Under the pieces are notes generated by a model. It worked only from the letters and a program-made list of their open reading frames with translations, did not search any database and had not been told where the DNA came from. Below are positions 12,801 to 26,216 of a DNA stretch of 64,000 bases, piece after piece. The stretch lies in the NCBI GenBank assembly GCA_964016885.1, contig OZ024750.1:36456001-36520000 (forward strand), written 5' to 3'. Position 1 is the stretch's first letter. Each line of letters begins with the position of its first letter. Source of the stretch: Eledone cirrhosa. Its lineage: Eukaryota. The translations under genes were made by a program, and so were the position numbers.

Positions 12801-13175
12801 TATAATATATCAAAGTCCTGCAATCTTTTTACTTTGGTATATCAGACCTTATATTCTTCCTGTAAATGTCATCACATCTAATTGTTTTTAAAGGATTTTT
12901 ACTGCTTTTTTTAATGAAGGACCACCACCTGAAACATCATATTCCTCTTCGTTTTTTCCCTAATATTGAAAAATTACTTTTTACTCCTGGTTGCTTATTT
13001 GTTGTTTTGGTTTTGTTGCTGAAATGATTTGAATGTTCTTTTAAATATGCGTATTCAATAAAATATTTTAATTTTTCAGCTTAAAAAGATTTTCACATCT
13101 CTGATCTTAATATCATGTATCCATTTAAATATACCTCAGCTATCAATCTTTATAAATGTGTACAAAGAATTGTGT

Positions 13176-13402
13176 TTAACCATTTTGCAGTTACATTACT
13201 CTATATTTACTATTATATTTTCATGATAAAGACTTTACCTCACATAATTATTTCATAATATCGAATCTATGATATTTTGATAATATCTATTTTGAGAATA
13301 ATACCTTAACATCAGTATGAGTGGCTGGTTACATCTGGTTTGAACAGAAAGAGGTGAGGGAGTTCTGGGTGGATATGGCTGGTTTAAATGTTAAAGGGTT
13401 AA
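13176..13402. mobile_element. piggyBac-type MITE
   Basis: TTAA at both ends, degenerate ccctttagcattta TIR, same internal sequence as 17000-17224. Confidence 0.7.
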
Positions 13403-14126
13403 AAGGAAAAACAATAAATGTTATGGGTGTGACATTTATGTTCTTTGTTCTCTGTTCATTAGCAGTAAACGGTTTTAGACAAGAATTAGGTCAGGATTCA
13501 GCTTCTAAGCAGCTTGCTACTATTTAGAGCTTTCCAAAAGGATCTTTAGATTATATATTAAATATGGATTTTCTGAAAACAAAAAATATTTTGGAGCAGA
13601 AAATGATTAATAAATATTTCTTTGAAGGATAAAATTATATTCCAGAATTGAATGAGTTAATCAAATTTACATCTCAACATTTACATTTTATATACAAATT
13701 CCCAATAAATCCTTATAAAACTCTCTGGAATGTGCAGTTTCCTTCATGTATAATTTTTTTCCCTCTCAGCTTTCCAAATCCTAAGAGATTCTGTTTTCCT
13801 AATTTGGAGCAATTACAGTAAGAACTAAAACATTTATGATCCAAAACAAACATTTTACATTTAATAGAATTAATGAATTAAATTTCACCATTTTGTACAG
13901 TGAAATCAATATGTTGAAATGAGGTATAACAACATGTCTAAAGAGAAATCATTATTTTGTTAAGAAGGAAAACAGAAAAAGGTTATGAACTAAATATATT
14001 CTAAAATAGTCAGAACAAGTTTATTTTTCTAGGCTACATGGAGACAGACATTGTCATTGGATAAACTTATTTGCTTTTTATTTAAAGAAAATTTTTTTTT
14101 ATTGAATATCTAATGGAAAGCACTTG

Positions 14127-14197
<71 letters not shown>

Positions 14198-14762
14198 CGT
14201 GATTTCGTGGGCTGATATTCCGATTCTCGATTATTCTACTATATATATATATATATATATAAATAATTACTTTAGAATGTGGGTATTCTATATGAAACTA
14301 TATATTTAGTATTTTTGTGACAAGTAATATGAGAAAAATTAATATAGTAACATATTTAACCCTTCACTTCAACATTCTAAATTTTATTCATATATACTCA
14401 ATATATATTTCCAGATCTTTTTTTTTTTTTTTTTTTTTTTGTATTTCATGAATAAATTGTTAGTGCAGATATAGCATTTGGTAAAAACCAACCTGATGCA
14501 ATGTCAGCTTGAAAGATTACAAATGAGATTTTTGTAGCAGATACAAATAGAAAAATATTTTCTCTCAGTATGAAAAAAATTGTTTATATAAAATAATCTT
14601 TCATATTATTTCTACATTGTTTAATCGATGAGGCAGAAACCTTCAATAAATTCCACTGCTAGCTTTTTCAAAGAACGCATTAGTGTTGAACATAATATAA
14701 CCAATTTAATATTATCTTATTCTGTTGTAGGTATTCTGCTATACTCAGTTCTAACACTATAA

Positions 14763-15835
14763 TGATTTCTAGAATAGGCACAAGGCCAGCAATTTTTGTT
14801 TGGCGGGGGGAGTCGATTATATTGACCCCAGTGCATTACTGGTGCTTTGTTTTATCAACCCCATAAAATGAAAGGCAAAGCTAACCTTGGCAGGATTTGA
14901 ACTCAGAACACAAAGGGCCATAACTCTATGCTACAAAACGTGGTGTCTTATGCTCTACAGATACTGCTAATCCACCACCTCAGTTGTAACATTATAATGT
15001 TAAATCATTATGTGTATATATATCTGAGTTCAAATCCCGCCGAGGTTGACTTTGCCTTTCATCATTACGGGGTCGATAAAATAAAGTACCAGTAATACAC
15101 TGGGTATTTGCTGGCCTTGTTCCTAAAGTAGAAACAATTATGTGTATATATATTTATTTAAATGCTACAGCTCATCTACAATGCTCTTAAATCTTGTGAA
15201 TTAAAAACAAAAACATATTTCAGTGATTGAAATATTCTCTATTTTATTATTTCATACTGAGTCATAGAGTCATAGGACCTTTACGTTCTAAGTTCAAATA
15301 CCGCAGAGGTTAACTTTGCCTTTCATCCTTACGGGGTCGATCAAATAAAGCACCAGGATAATTGCTGGCCTTGTGCCAAAAGTAGAAACAATTATTTTAT
15401 ACTGAGGTCAACTTTGCCTTTCATCCATTTTAAGGTCGATAAAAAAGGTACCAGTCTAGTACTGGGGTTGATTCTTCCTCTATATCTCTTTCTCACCTTC
15501 TTTCTCTCACTTTCTATATTTCTCTGGAAGAAATCTTCTGTATTAAAACCTGGAGAGGAGATGGGCTCCACCAGGTTTTAAAAAACGCCATAGAAATGCT
15601 GTATGTGAATATGGCACCCTTACGACCCCTTCAGTATAGGTCCACACTATATATTATTACCTAATTGTTTCTACTTTAGGCACAAGGCTAGCAATTTCCC
15701 AGTACTTTATTTTATCGACCCCGTAAGGATGAAAGGCAAAGTCAACCTCGGCGGGATTTGAACTCAGATCGTTAAGGGACGTAACTATGCTGGAAAGCAT
15801 GGCGTCTGACCCTCTACCGATACTGCCAATCCACC
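14763..15835. mobile_element. cluster of Nin-domain SINE copies (about 14763-14980 -, 15023-15140 +, 15262-15392 +, 15403-15470 +, 15662-15835 -)
   Basis: Repeated family B motifs. The last copy has TSD ctatatattattac. Confidence 0.8.
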
Positions 15836-16665
15836 TATATATTATTACATAATGATGTGAGGCAATGGCTAGGTCCACACTATATATTATTACATAATGA
15901 TGTGAGGCAATGGCTAGGATGAGAAAGGGGAAAATACTAATGATATCAGTTTTTTCCCATAATTATTAGTTTAGTTTCTTTGATGTTATTTTAAACATCT
16001 AAGGTAATTTGGTGCATTGTTCTTCAGTATTCCATCATTTATTTGGCAATGGAAAAAGATAAATTTGTTCTTTCCAATATTTACTATGATTATTGAAGAG
16101 AACTGGAAGAATGAAGTGAAAACCTTATTTTTCTCTTTGGGAATATAAACATATTGACATTTTGCCAGTCAGAGTAACCAGGCACTCTGTAAAGGAATAT
16201 TTTGTTTAGTTAAATAGTATATTCAATGATTCCTTAAATGGAAAATATTCTAGCATATTGGCCTTTAAAAACAATCACTTTTACATTCAATATTCAATAT
16301 TTTACTTGTACTAACAATAACGTTGTTCTTTATGAGACAATTGGCACCAAAATAGACAGCCATTTGTTAAGGCTCTATTACAGTAAGCCATATTTATGAA
16401 TACACAATGAAAAAAAACTATTCATCTATTTCATACGAACTGAAACTGATATCAAATGTCAGTATTTTATGCTGGACTATTGATCATGAGTAGTTTTTTT
16501 TTATCAATGGGTGAGAAGTCTTAATGGTTTTAGAGGTTTTTAAGTGCTCATGATTTTCCAGTGGCAGTAATATCAATAATTGCATTCAGACATGACTGGT
16601 GTGTTAAGAAGTTTGCTTTGCAATTAGGTAATTTCAGGTTCAATCTCTGTGTGGCAAGTGTTTTC

Positions 16666-16858
16666 TACGAGGGTCAGCTGAAATGTTCATAGGCTGACTA
16701 TGAAGGAATGATGCTAGAGCTGTGAAATATTGCTTGCATTAATTTCAGCACTTCTTATTAATTGTTCTTTCTCGTGACTATTTTGAAAAATAAACCTCAT
16801 TTGGTCATTCCATGAGAGTATCTTGGTCATCCTATGACATTTTCTGCTGACCCTCACA
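16666..16858. mobile_element. Tc1/mariner-type MITE
   Basis: TA-cgagggtcagctgaaatgttcataggctgac ... gtcatcctatgacattttctgctgaccctca forms ~30 bp TIRs starting TACGAGGG. Related copies at 33939 and ~62865. Confidence 0.7.
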
Positions 16859-16999
16859 CCATTGCTTTGTGTCAACTAAAGATTTCTGTACATTGTTACA
16901 GGTCTTCGTTGTATTTCACCCTGGCCCCATTGTGTTGGTTACTATAAGAGCCCTTGGTGAAATAATTCATTTTACTTGTCCAGTAACATCCACTGAACA

Positions 17000-17224
17000 T
17001 TAACGCTTTAGCATTTAAACTGGCTACATCTGGCCAGAATTCTCTCACCTCTTTCTATTCAAACTGGCTGTAACTAGCTGTTCATACTTATTTTAAGGTA
17101 TTGTTCTCAAAATAATATCAAAATCTCATAGCTTCGATATTATGTGGGATAATTATGTGAGGTAAAGCCTATACCATGAAAATACAGAAGTAAATATAGA
17201 GTAATGTAAATGCTAAAGGGTTAA
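17000..17224. mobile_element. piggyBac-type MITE (reference copy)
   Basis: ttaa-cgctttagcattta ... taaatgctaaaggg-ttaa: 14 bp TIRs with TTAA target sites. Confidence 0.78.
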
Positions 17225-17319
17225 ACACGGAGTTTAGTTAGACTTTCAGTTATTCTGAGGTTATTACATAATATTGTGTTGGTTAAGTGTTCTCTCCTTG
17301 ACTTGTTTGGTGCTGCTTT

Positions 17320-17708
17320 CAGCATGAGGACATATGCATGAGAAAACTCCTCCGTAGTTCCTATTGGCAACGTAAAACCAATGAATACGTGTGGAGTAAG
17401 GTTAAAAGTTTTGTGGGTCACAGGAACCTATCCTCGCCACTGTTAAGAGGAGGAAACTGGCATGGTTTGGCCACGTCAGATGACAGCCTGTGCAGGACCA
17501 TCATGCAAGGCACTGTTGAAGGTTGGCACAGGAGGGGACGCCAACGCAAAAGCTAATTGGACAATTTCAAAGAATGGACGCAAATGATGACACCAGATTT
17601 GTTGACGGCTGCCGTTGATAGACTATGTTGTGTGTGTGCTGCTTCTGCAGTAATATCCCCCACCCACCCTCCAACGACTACAGAAGTCAAGGGACTAATG
17701 ATGATGAA
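17320..17708 (+). mobile_element. RTE/BovB-type LINE 3' end fragment
   Basis: RKLLRSSYWQRKTNEYV, frameshifted VKRRKLAWFGHV, TIMQGTVEGWHRRGRQRKS and DNFKEWT; (GAT)n tail. Confidence 0.8.
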
Positions 17709-18375
17709 GAGAATCATTCAGTCATGTCTAGCACATGACAGCCTCTCTAGTGTTTCATGACCTACATGATAAGCAACCCAGCACATGCTGTAAAGTAGTT
17801 GGTGATAGAAAGAGCATCCAGTCGTAGAAAGCTTTCCAAACAAAGGGTTGGGAGGAGCCCTCAGTCATGTCAAGGACATGACAACCTCTCTAGCATTTGG
17901 TGATCTACACAATAAAAGCACCCAGTACACACTGTAAAATGGTTGGTGCTAGGATAGGCATCCAGCTGTAGAAATCTTGCCAAACAAAGAGTCAGGATTG
18001 CCCTCAGTTGTGTCAAAAGCATGACAACCCCTCCTGTGCACTTGGTTGAACATGAAACCATACATAAGTGAGACTCAGATCCCTGGCCTGTCTGGGAGAT
18101 CAGTGGCTCCGCTTCAATACTGGTCTATGTGTCCTGTTCAACCAACCCTTGCTAGCAGGGAAGCAAACATTAAAACAATGATGATAATGATGATAATGTA
18201 AGTGTTAAGCAAGAGACAAACCTTATATTCTATAGAAAAGAGCAGTCGTAGTCATATAATACCCTCAGCGCTTCCAACCCTATTTCCAGAGAGACCTGCC
18301 TACACACAAATTGTAAATAATATATAATAAATAAAATCATTAATTTATATATAATAAATAATATAATATATACGA

Positions 18376-18714
18376 TGGAGGCACATGGCTTAGTGGTTAG
18401 AGCATTGGTTTTGCAATCGAAAGGTTGTGAGTTCAATTCTCAGACCGAGTGATGTGTTGTTTCCTTGAGCAAGACACTTTATTTCACATTGCTCCAGTTT
18501 ACTCAGCTGTAGAAATGAGATGATAGGGACTGGGGTCCATATCATTCCACTGCAAAGTGGTCGTGGAGGTGCCACGGCAAAAAAGCACCCAACACTCACT
18601 GTAAATGAGGTTGGTGTTAGGAAGGGCATCCAGCTGTAGAAATCAAGCCAGAATCAGTTCCCGTCCCACCCTTGCAAGCAGGGAAAAGCGGACGTAAAAT
18701 GATGATGATGATGA
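18376..18714 (+). mobile_element. SINE family A, full length (reference copy)
   Basis: ggaggcacatggcttagtggttagagc (A box) ... gagttcaattc (B box), CORE/V-like domain, RTE-like tail, (GAT)n. Confidence 0.9.
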
Positions 18715-18974
18715 TACTATGTATAAATGAATAATATATATTTTTTATTTTACTATATTTATATATATATGTAGCATTTGATATTTGATATACTGTTATA
18801 TTATCTCTACTGCTGCCCCTTAGGCCCCAGCACCCCCCTGGACCTTCTCAATGCTCCTCAGTATGGGGGGTTGGTGGTGTTACTGCCCGCTTTGAGAGTC
18901 TCTGAACAACTCACACACCATACAAAGGGACTGCTGTTGGTTTGAATACCAACACTGATGTTGGAGTGATCCAG

Positions 18975-19195
18975 TTGTTTAGTCAACAAAGTGGCATTTT
19001 CATGAAATTAATATATATATGGCTGAGTATTCCATAAGCATGTATACTCTTAAAGTAATTCTCAGGGAGATTCAGCATGACAGTGCCTGACAAGGCTGAA
19101 TATTCCACAAGCAGGTGTACCTTTAACGTAATTCTCAGGTAGATTCAGTATGACACAGTGTGTGACAAGTGTGGCCGTTTGGATAACAGGTAGAA
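18975..19195 (+). repeat. unclassified interspersed repeat (SINE-like) with internal duplication
   Basis: ggctgagtattcca...taattctcagggagattcagcatgac occurs twice here, again at ~62700-62830 and reversed at ~2455-2540. Confidence 0.55.
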
Positions 19196-19867
19196 TCTGT
19201 CAAATGTGCTGTCAACTTCCCTCAGCCAAAGTCACATCAAGCAGCAAGAGGCCATAACGCAGTATGTTATAGTTGGAAATTGAACTCCTTAACCATGCTA
19301 TGTCTACATACGCCAACACAAATACAATTACACACAAGTGAACTTTTCACTGTGTATTTTAACTATAATCAACTTTGGTGGAAATAAACTTCAACAGAAA
19401 GGTTTTGCAGACCAACCATATTATTTTATTTTATTTTGTAATAAATCTAATATTTTTTAGATATTTGTGTCAAGCTTTTAATGATAAATATTTAATGAGC
19501 CTCTCCAGTTCTAGAAACTTGTTATTTTTGAATGAACATTTTAGGTTATTACAAAATGTGGTAAATAATATAGGATCTCCCAAAATAAATATTTCATATA
19601 AAAGAAAGTTGAAAGTATTATGTTAAAGGATGACTGGAGTTGTGACTAATTGGAACCTAGTTTCGTAGACAAAAATAAAAACAAAATAGTTTTAAAATAT
19701 CTTTAAGAAAGAAAACAGACACAAACACAAACACACACATAAGCACTCATATATTTCCACACACTCATGCATGCACACACACACACATATAATAATCTAA
19801 ACTATAATAAAGGAAGGTTTTTTTTATCTATCCCGTTTGTAAAATAAGTTGGATTACTTTGAATAAA

Positions 19868-20050
19868 TAATTGTTTCTACTTTTGGCACAAGGCCAGCAA
19901 TTATCCCAGGGTATTACTGGTACTTTATTTTATCGACCCCGTAAGGATGAAAGGCAAAGTTAACCTTGGCGGGATTTGAACTCAGAATGGCAAGGGCCGT
20001 AACTCTATGCGTCAAAGCATGGCGTCCGATCCCCTACCGATACTGCCAAA
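19868..20050 (-). mobile_element. Nin-domain SINE (family B)
   Basis: Family B motifs on the minus strand. Confidence 0.85.
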
Positions 20051-20329
20051 CAATATGTGGTGATGTGAACAGATGTGGGGAAATGTGTGTTGTTGGTTGT
20101 ATGGTCGTGCCTTGTTGGGATGTGGTATGTGTTGGTGAGGTTGATGGTTGTGGATGTATGATGATGAGTTTGGTGGTGGTGGTGGTGGTGGTGGTGGTGG
20201 TCGGAAGGAGGGTGATGAATGTGACATGTAGATGCCCATGCAAAAAGAGACCATTGTCGCCTCAAATGGGCCCACAACAATCAAACCATGATACAAGCTG
20301 AAAAGAATGAGGGTTTGTGGTTGAGGGGG

Positions 20330-22502
20330 ATTCAGTAAATACAGGCTAGAGAATTGTTCTTCCTCCTTCAATCTATGGTTCCCCTCACTTCTATAGTGAG
20401 TGCTTCCAGAATTCGATGACTGATGACTGTGGTTCAACATGTGGGAAAGCCATCTCGTTTCATCACGGTAACAACTAACTCCAACTGGGATGAAATAAAA
20501 AATAGTGTGTCCATGCTCAAAATGAGATTGAGACCTATATCAATGCATGGTACATCTCAGCCAGTGAAGCATTTTAGAGAATCTATAAATGTCTGTTACA
20601 TCATCGGAAACTACCAGTTGAAAAGTACCTTGCCATTTACCTTTGGAACAAATGGTCATGTATGAGAGAAGGCAGGAGGAAAGTGTTGTTTCTAGGGGAC
20701 AGCCAGTGACTAAGTTGATGGAATATTTTCAACTGAATATTAGACACCCACTGGCACAAAATATTGTATACTGATATTCCTAAATATTTCACTTGGACAA
20801 ACAAAAAGAAAAAAAGGGACATCTGGATTCCAACAGTGTCTCTCAGTAGACATCAATCTGAGTTATTTTACCTCAGAATGATCCTACATCACAAGGCTAG
20901 GTCAACTTCATACAAAGATTTGAAGACAATTGATGGAGTTGAATTTCCAACATTCCAAGAAGTATGCAGGAAACTTGGTCTGTTGGATGAAGATGGAGAA
21001 AAAGACAAAGCTATGGAAGAGGCCTCATCCATTATGCTTTGTCCTCAGCTTCAAGAGATCTTCTGCACCATTTTATTGTACAGCATGCCAAATGACCCTC
21101 TGCAGTTCTTGGAGAACTGGAAGAATTGTGTTGCAGAGGATATCATGCATGAACGTCATGAGAAAGTCATGTACAAGCAAACCGTGCAGATTGTTCTACA
21201 GAAGATCCAACAAAGACTTCAACATGATGGCTTGGACGTTCATGTCAACTATGGACTTCCTCGGCCAGACCCAACTATTGTTGCCATAACAGAAATCAAC
21301 AGGGTTTTTATGGCAGAAACTGATTTCAATACACACCAACTGCAAGCAAACATAAATGAAGTTCTGCCAACATTGAATCCTGAGCAACTGGTTATTTTTC
21401 ACAAAGTAATCACCTCTGTAAATGAAAAGGAGGCAGAATTTTCTGCTTGAATGCAAGTGCAAGTACAGGAAAGACTTATGTCATCAACATTACCTCTGAT
21501 CTAAAAAAAAAATTGCACTTGCTACTGCCATATCTGGAATAGCAGCCACTTTGCTTCACAAACGTAGAACTCTTTATTCCAAGTGCACAATTCCTCTCAA
21601 TGTGACTGCTGAATCAACTTACTTCTTCACAAAGAGGGATGCCACAGGTAAACTTATACAGCAAGCTCACCTGCTTATCATTGTTGAGATAAGTATGGGA
21701 CATATAAGCATATCTTCGAATGCCTTGACAGGAGCTTCAAAGATGTTTGAGATTGCAAAAAGCCATTTGGTGGTCTAACAGAATTACTATCTGGTGACTG
21801 GAAACAAATTCTTCCAGTTGTATGTCATGGTGCTAGACCACAAATAGTTGAGGCAACTTTCAAGAGATCTTATCTCTGGGACTATGTGGAAACCATGGAG
21901 ATAACAACCAATCAACGGTTAATTAATGCAGAGGATTCTGATGAAAGACAGTTTGCAAACTACCTTCTTGATGTGGTAAATGGTAATATTCCAACTGTAC
22001 CAACTGTAGGTGCATTCACAATTCCTCTGCCAAATGAACTTTGTCTGGAATGTGGTAATGTGTCTGGACTGTGTGATTTTGTGTATACAAATCTTCCAGC
22101 AAACTACACAAACCCACTATGGCTTGGAAATAGAACTATTATCACTCCAACAAATGATGCAAGATTGGTGAATGAGTTCATAGTCAACAAGTTCCCTGGT
22201 CATGAAATAATCTATAGAAGCTCTGGTTCAGTAGATAATCAACAGCAATATCCAATTGAGTTCATCAACAAACTTACCCCATCAGGCTTCTCATTACACA
22301 TACTTAAACTGAAGAAAGGCAGTTGCATCATGCTTCTGAGAAATCTAGATCCTCTAAACGGGCATTGCAGTGGTACACGCTACATCATCATCATCAGTTT
22401 ACATAACCATGTAATTGAAGCTGAAGTGGCATTGGGTCCCAATGCTGGAACAAGGTTGCTAATCCCAAGGATACCACATGTATCTCAAGAGCTTGAGTTC
22501 CC
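20330..22502 (+). mobile_element. decayed Helitron RepHel gene (Rep N-terminal motif plus PIF1-like SF1 helicase)
   Basis: Rep-region motifs RIVLPPSIYGSP...VVQHVGKPSRFITVTTNSNWDEI, NEIETYINAWYISASEAF and ELFYLRMILHH...TFQEVCRKLGLL. Helicase motifs STGKTY, ATAISGIAATLL, LLIIVEISM, GDWKQILPV and LKLKKGSCIMLLRNLDPLNGHCSGTRY...LIPRI. Many stops and frameshifts. Confidence 0.93.
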
Positions 22503-24218
22503 TGCCAGGCCAGGGATTTCTGGAAGCTGTCCATGGGCCCCGGCCCGAAGTTCTCCCAAAGAGATTGGCTAATTGACTTTCATCGGCGTCCAGAGTCTCC
22601 CCACGGTTGTCAACACTCTTTCCCTCCACTAACCCTATATAGAACTGGTTGAGGGCTGTGAGCACCTGAAGCCATTCCAGTCTCCAAATGCTTCCTCTCG
22701 GTCTTCGCTTGACCCAGGACTGCAGTTCTGTCAAGGAGACGAGTTGAGAAAAAACATGTCTGGCAAACACCGACCACACCTGTTCACTGTTAACGAAGAG
22801 ATGGAGATGCTGTTGCCTCAGCACATGTCTGCGCATCGTCAGCCATGATATGCCCAGCCCTCCATGTTGCGGGTGTTGACAACAGATGGACCTCCTGACC
22901 ATTGGAGCACGTCCTTTCCACAAAAAGCGAAAGAGCAGATGCTCCAGTGCAGTCAGGCAAGGCTTAGGACAAGGTGTGACAGTCAGGTGGTAATAGATGA
23001 TGGACACAATGTATGTGTTCGCCACCTCTGCCCAGCCTTTCGAGGATAGTTTCCTCTCGGCCCATTTCTGGGTGAGAGAAGCAACCTTGAACATTACGTA
23101 ATCCCAGTTTTGGTCCATCTGGAGGTCGAGTCCAAATCAGAACCCGAGTAATTTAACGAGTCTGTCTGTCCAGCGCCCGACGACACAGTTGGACGGCATG
23201 GACCTGCCTTTCCAGGTGCCAAGCTGCATGGCCACCAACTTTTCCTGGTTAATTTTTGTTCTTGTTACTGCTTCATACTCCCTGAGAGTGGTGCTGATCA
23301 TCTCAATGTGTTTGGTGCTCGACACCACTATGCTGACATTGGCGGCATATGCTGACATGGACCTCCCACATCCTAGTTCGCATGGGATGCCCCTCAAAGT
23401 CTCCAATTTGTGTAGTAATGGCTCAAGAGTCAATACATACAGAAGGGACAAGAGGGAAGAACCTTGGCGAACCGAACGCATGATGTTGAATGGTTCTGAA
23501 AGGTGACTGTTCACTCTAACCACAGAGCAGATGTTGGTGTTCATTGCAGCAATCCAGCTCCTGAAAACAGGTCCAAAGTCTGCTGCTTTGAGGACGGCTG
23601 CAAGGTAAGGATGGTCAACCCTAACGAAGGCCTTTGATTGATCTAAATTAATCAGAGCCCCACCCATGCCAAGTTTCCTTAGCTACCTTCTCTATGATGT
23701 ACTGCATGAGGTGGAGGTTGTCGTGGATGGACCTGTCCTGAATGGCACATGTTTGCGCCTTCCTTACAAGGTCACCAACAACAAGCGCCATCATCGTTGC
23801 TAATACTTCGACCAAAATTTTTAAACTCTGCATTTAGCAGAGTTATGGGCCTGAAATTGTCATTATGGTCCCCCTTGTTAGGGTCTTTTCTCAGCAGCAC
23901 TACCATCCCTGGACTCACAGAACTGGGAATTCTTGTTAATACTTCAGCCAAAATTTTAAACTCTGTGTTTAGCAGAGTTATGGGCCTGAAATTGTCTATA
24001 TGGTCCCCCTTGTTTGGGTCCTTTCTCAGCAGCACTACCGCCCCTCGACTGACAGAACTGGGAATTCTTCTGTTCTGCTGGCAGTTGGTGTAGAGATCCA
24101 CTAAGAAGTCGCTGAACAAGTCTGGCATGTTTGTGTAAAGTTCGTAGGGCAGACCATCTAAGCCAGGCGATTTTCCCCTCGTGCAACTTGCCATTTCATC
24201 CCATATTTCTTCAGCTGT
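22503..24218 (-). mobile_element. decayed Tx1/L1-clade LINE ORF2 (RT region)
   Basis: GKSPGLDGLPYELY, NFRPITLLNTEFKILA, RSIHDNL, LINLDQSKAFVRVDH, SVRQG, AYAAN (decayed YADD), LFRFLWKG...GGLGI. Confidence 0.9.
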
Positions 24219-24234
24219 TAATAATAATAATAAT

Positions 24235-24790
24235 AATTGTTTCTACTTTTGACACAAGGCCAGCAATTACCCAATGCATTACTGGTACTTTATTCTATCG
24301 ACCCCGGAAGGATGAAAGGCAAAGTTAACCTCGGCGGGATTTGAACTCAGATCATACAGGGAGGTAACTCTATGCTTCAAAGCATGGCATCCGATCCTCT
24401 ATAATAATAATAATAATAATAATAGTGTTTCTACATTTTGGCACGAGGCCAGCAATTACCCCAATGCATTACTGGTGCTTTATTTTATCAACCCCTGGCG
24501 GGATTTGAACTCGGAATGTAAAGGGCCATAGCTCCTATGCTGTAGAGCATGGTGTCTGATGCTCTACCGATACTGCCAAAATAATAATAATAATAATAAT
24601 TATTATTTCTATTTTTGGCACAAGGCCAGCAACTACTCCAGTGCATTACTGGTACTTTATTTTATCGACCCCCGTAAGGATGAAAGGCAAAGTTAACCTC
24701 GACGGGATTTGAACTCAGACCGTAAAGGGACGTAACTGTGCTGGAAAGCATGGCGTCCAACCCTCTACCGATCCTGCCAATCCACCGCCC
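24235..24790 (-). mobile_element. three tandem Nin-domain SINEs
   Basis: Family B motifs repeated three times, separated by (AAT)n tails. Confidence 0.82.
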
Positions 24791-25624
24791 TTAGGTACCC
24801 GGACAAACAATCATCCACGAAGCTCACGAGTCATGTAATAATAATAATAATAATAATATACAGCATACAAAAGATAGCACTACTAGACATTGCACACATA
24901 TTACGGAAAGTACTATCAATGCAATAGAAACAACACTGCACATACCCAAGGCACACAGAGCTGTGCTGAGTAAAGCAATAATGATGCACAATATAAATAA
25001 TAATGGAAATAATAATAATAATAAAGATAATGACTTTTCTCCACCTTTGAGAAAAAGTAAGTTCACCAAGTGAATGAATTTTGATGCCTGATTTTTCAAA
25101 ACGACGAACCTTTTCAACTTCGAGATTTCTCATTATTTGAAAAAGAAATAGAAATCAATTCAAAGATATGGCAATGATTTCAATATTGATTTTTCTCATG
25201 ATGGGTATTTATTTTTGGTTATATTATATGTTAGATTAATCAGAAATACATGCTTTAGTACAACGAAAACTGTTCTGAAAATATTCATCCAATACTATCA
25301 TGAATCTAAAATGTAGTGATGTTGGACAGCTGTATATGTGAACAGAATTGATTTATTGTGATTTCTGCACTACATACAAATATTCATGCATTGTAAGCTG
25401 ATATAAATAATGTATAAGTGCAGAATAATAAGAGAGCAATGCAAAGAGTCACTAAAGATTGTAAAATGAGTGAATAAGTGCAGAGGATTTCCAATTTAAA
25501 TGTCCCTTGTAGCAATTCGCTAGTCAATTACACAAAATATTTTTTCTTCTTTCAGCTGTAAATTCTACATGGTTGCTTTGTACTAAACAGAAATATAATT
25601 AATTTCTATATGTATGTGTGGGTA

Positions 25625-25658
<34 letters not shown>

Positions 25659-25724
25659 AAATATATATATAATTATCATAATTTGACGTCTTTACATATA
25701 TACATATATATATATATATTACAT

Positions 25725-25767
<43 letters not shown>

Positions 25768-25910
25768 TATATATATATATTATATACACATATACATATC
25801 ATCATCATCATCATCATTTAACGTCAGCTTTTCCTGGTGGCAAGGGTGTATATATATATATATATCACAGAAAAAAAGAGAATCAGTGTTGCGAAGAATG
25901 GAATTTATTG

Positions 25911-26006
25911 GACATATTACAATCGTTTCTCTGGCGACCAGCTCGAGGCACGATCGATGTGACGATCGAACCTGACTCTGAAAATCGCAAGGTCCTCAGA
26001 TATGTC
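25911..26006 (-). ncRNA. type I hammerhead ribozyme with 63-nt stem II
   Basis: Minus strand reads GACAUAU CUGAGGA [63 nt hairpin] GAAA CGAUUG UA AUAUGUC, then CAAUAAA. Perfect 7-bp stem I, GUA triplet. Confidence 0.8.
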
Positions 26007-26216
26007 TTGATTTTAAGAGGCAGATTTTCCTAAGAAAACCGTAATGGCTGATACGTAGAATTTTGAACACAGTTTACAAGTCACACACACACATATACAT
26101 ATAAATAAGGCTTTCAGAACCATACATATTGTAATAATAATAAATGTGAAGACTAAAATCCAAAGAGGGCTTGATAAGGATAATATATATGTAAAATATA
26201 TAAAACCATAGAGCAA

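Noticed and set aside
14193-14240. Minus-strand GAAA-UCACGA-UA fragment between TA tracts
   Set aside because: It lacks the 5' core and stem I, so it is too short to call.
15544-15582. Hairpin ttaaaacctgg...ccaggttttaa (terminator or Helitron 3' hairpin)
   Set aside because: Isolated, with no clear CTRR end or associated element. Bacterial terminators do not apply here.
18376-18450. tRNA genes at SINE heads
   Set aside because: A and B boxes are present, but they continue into SINE bodies in many copies and do not form a complete cloverleaf.
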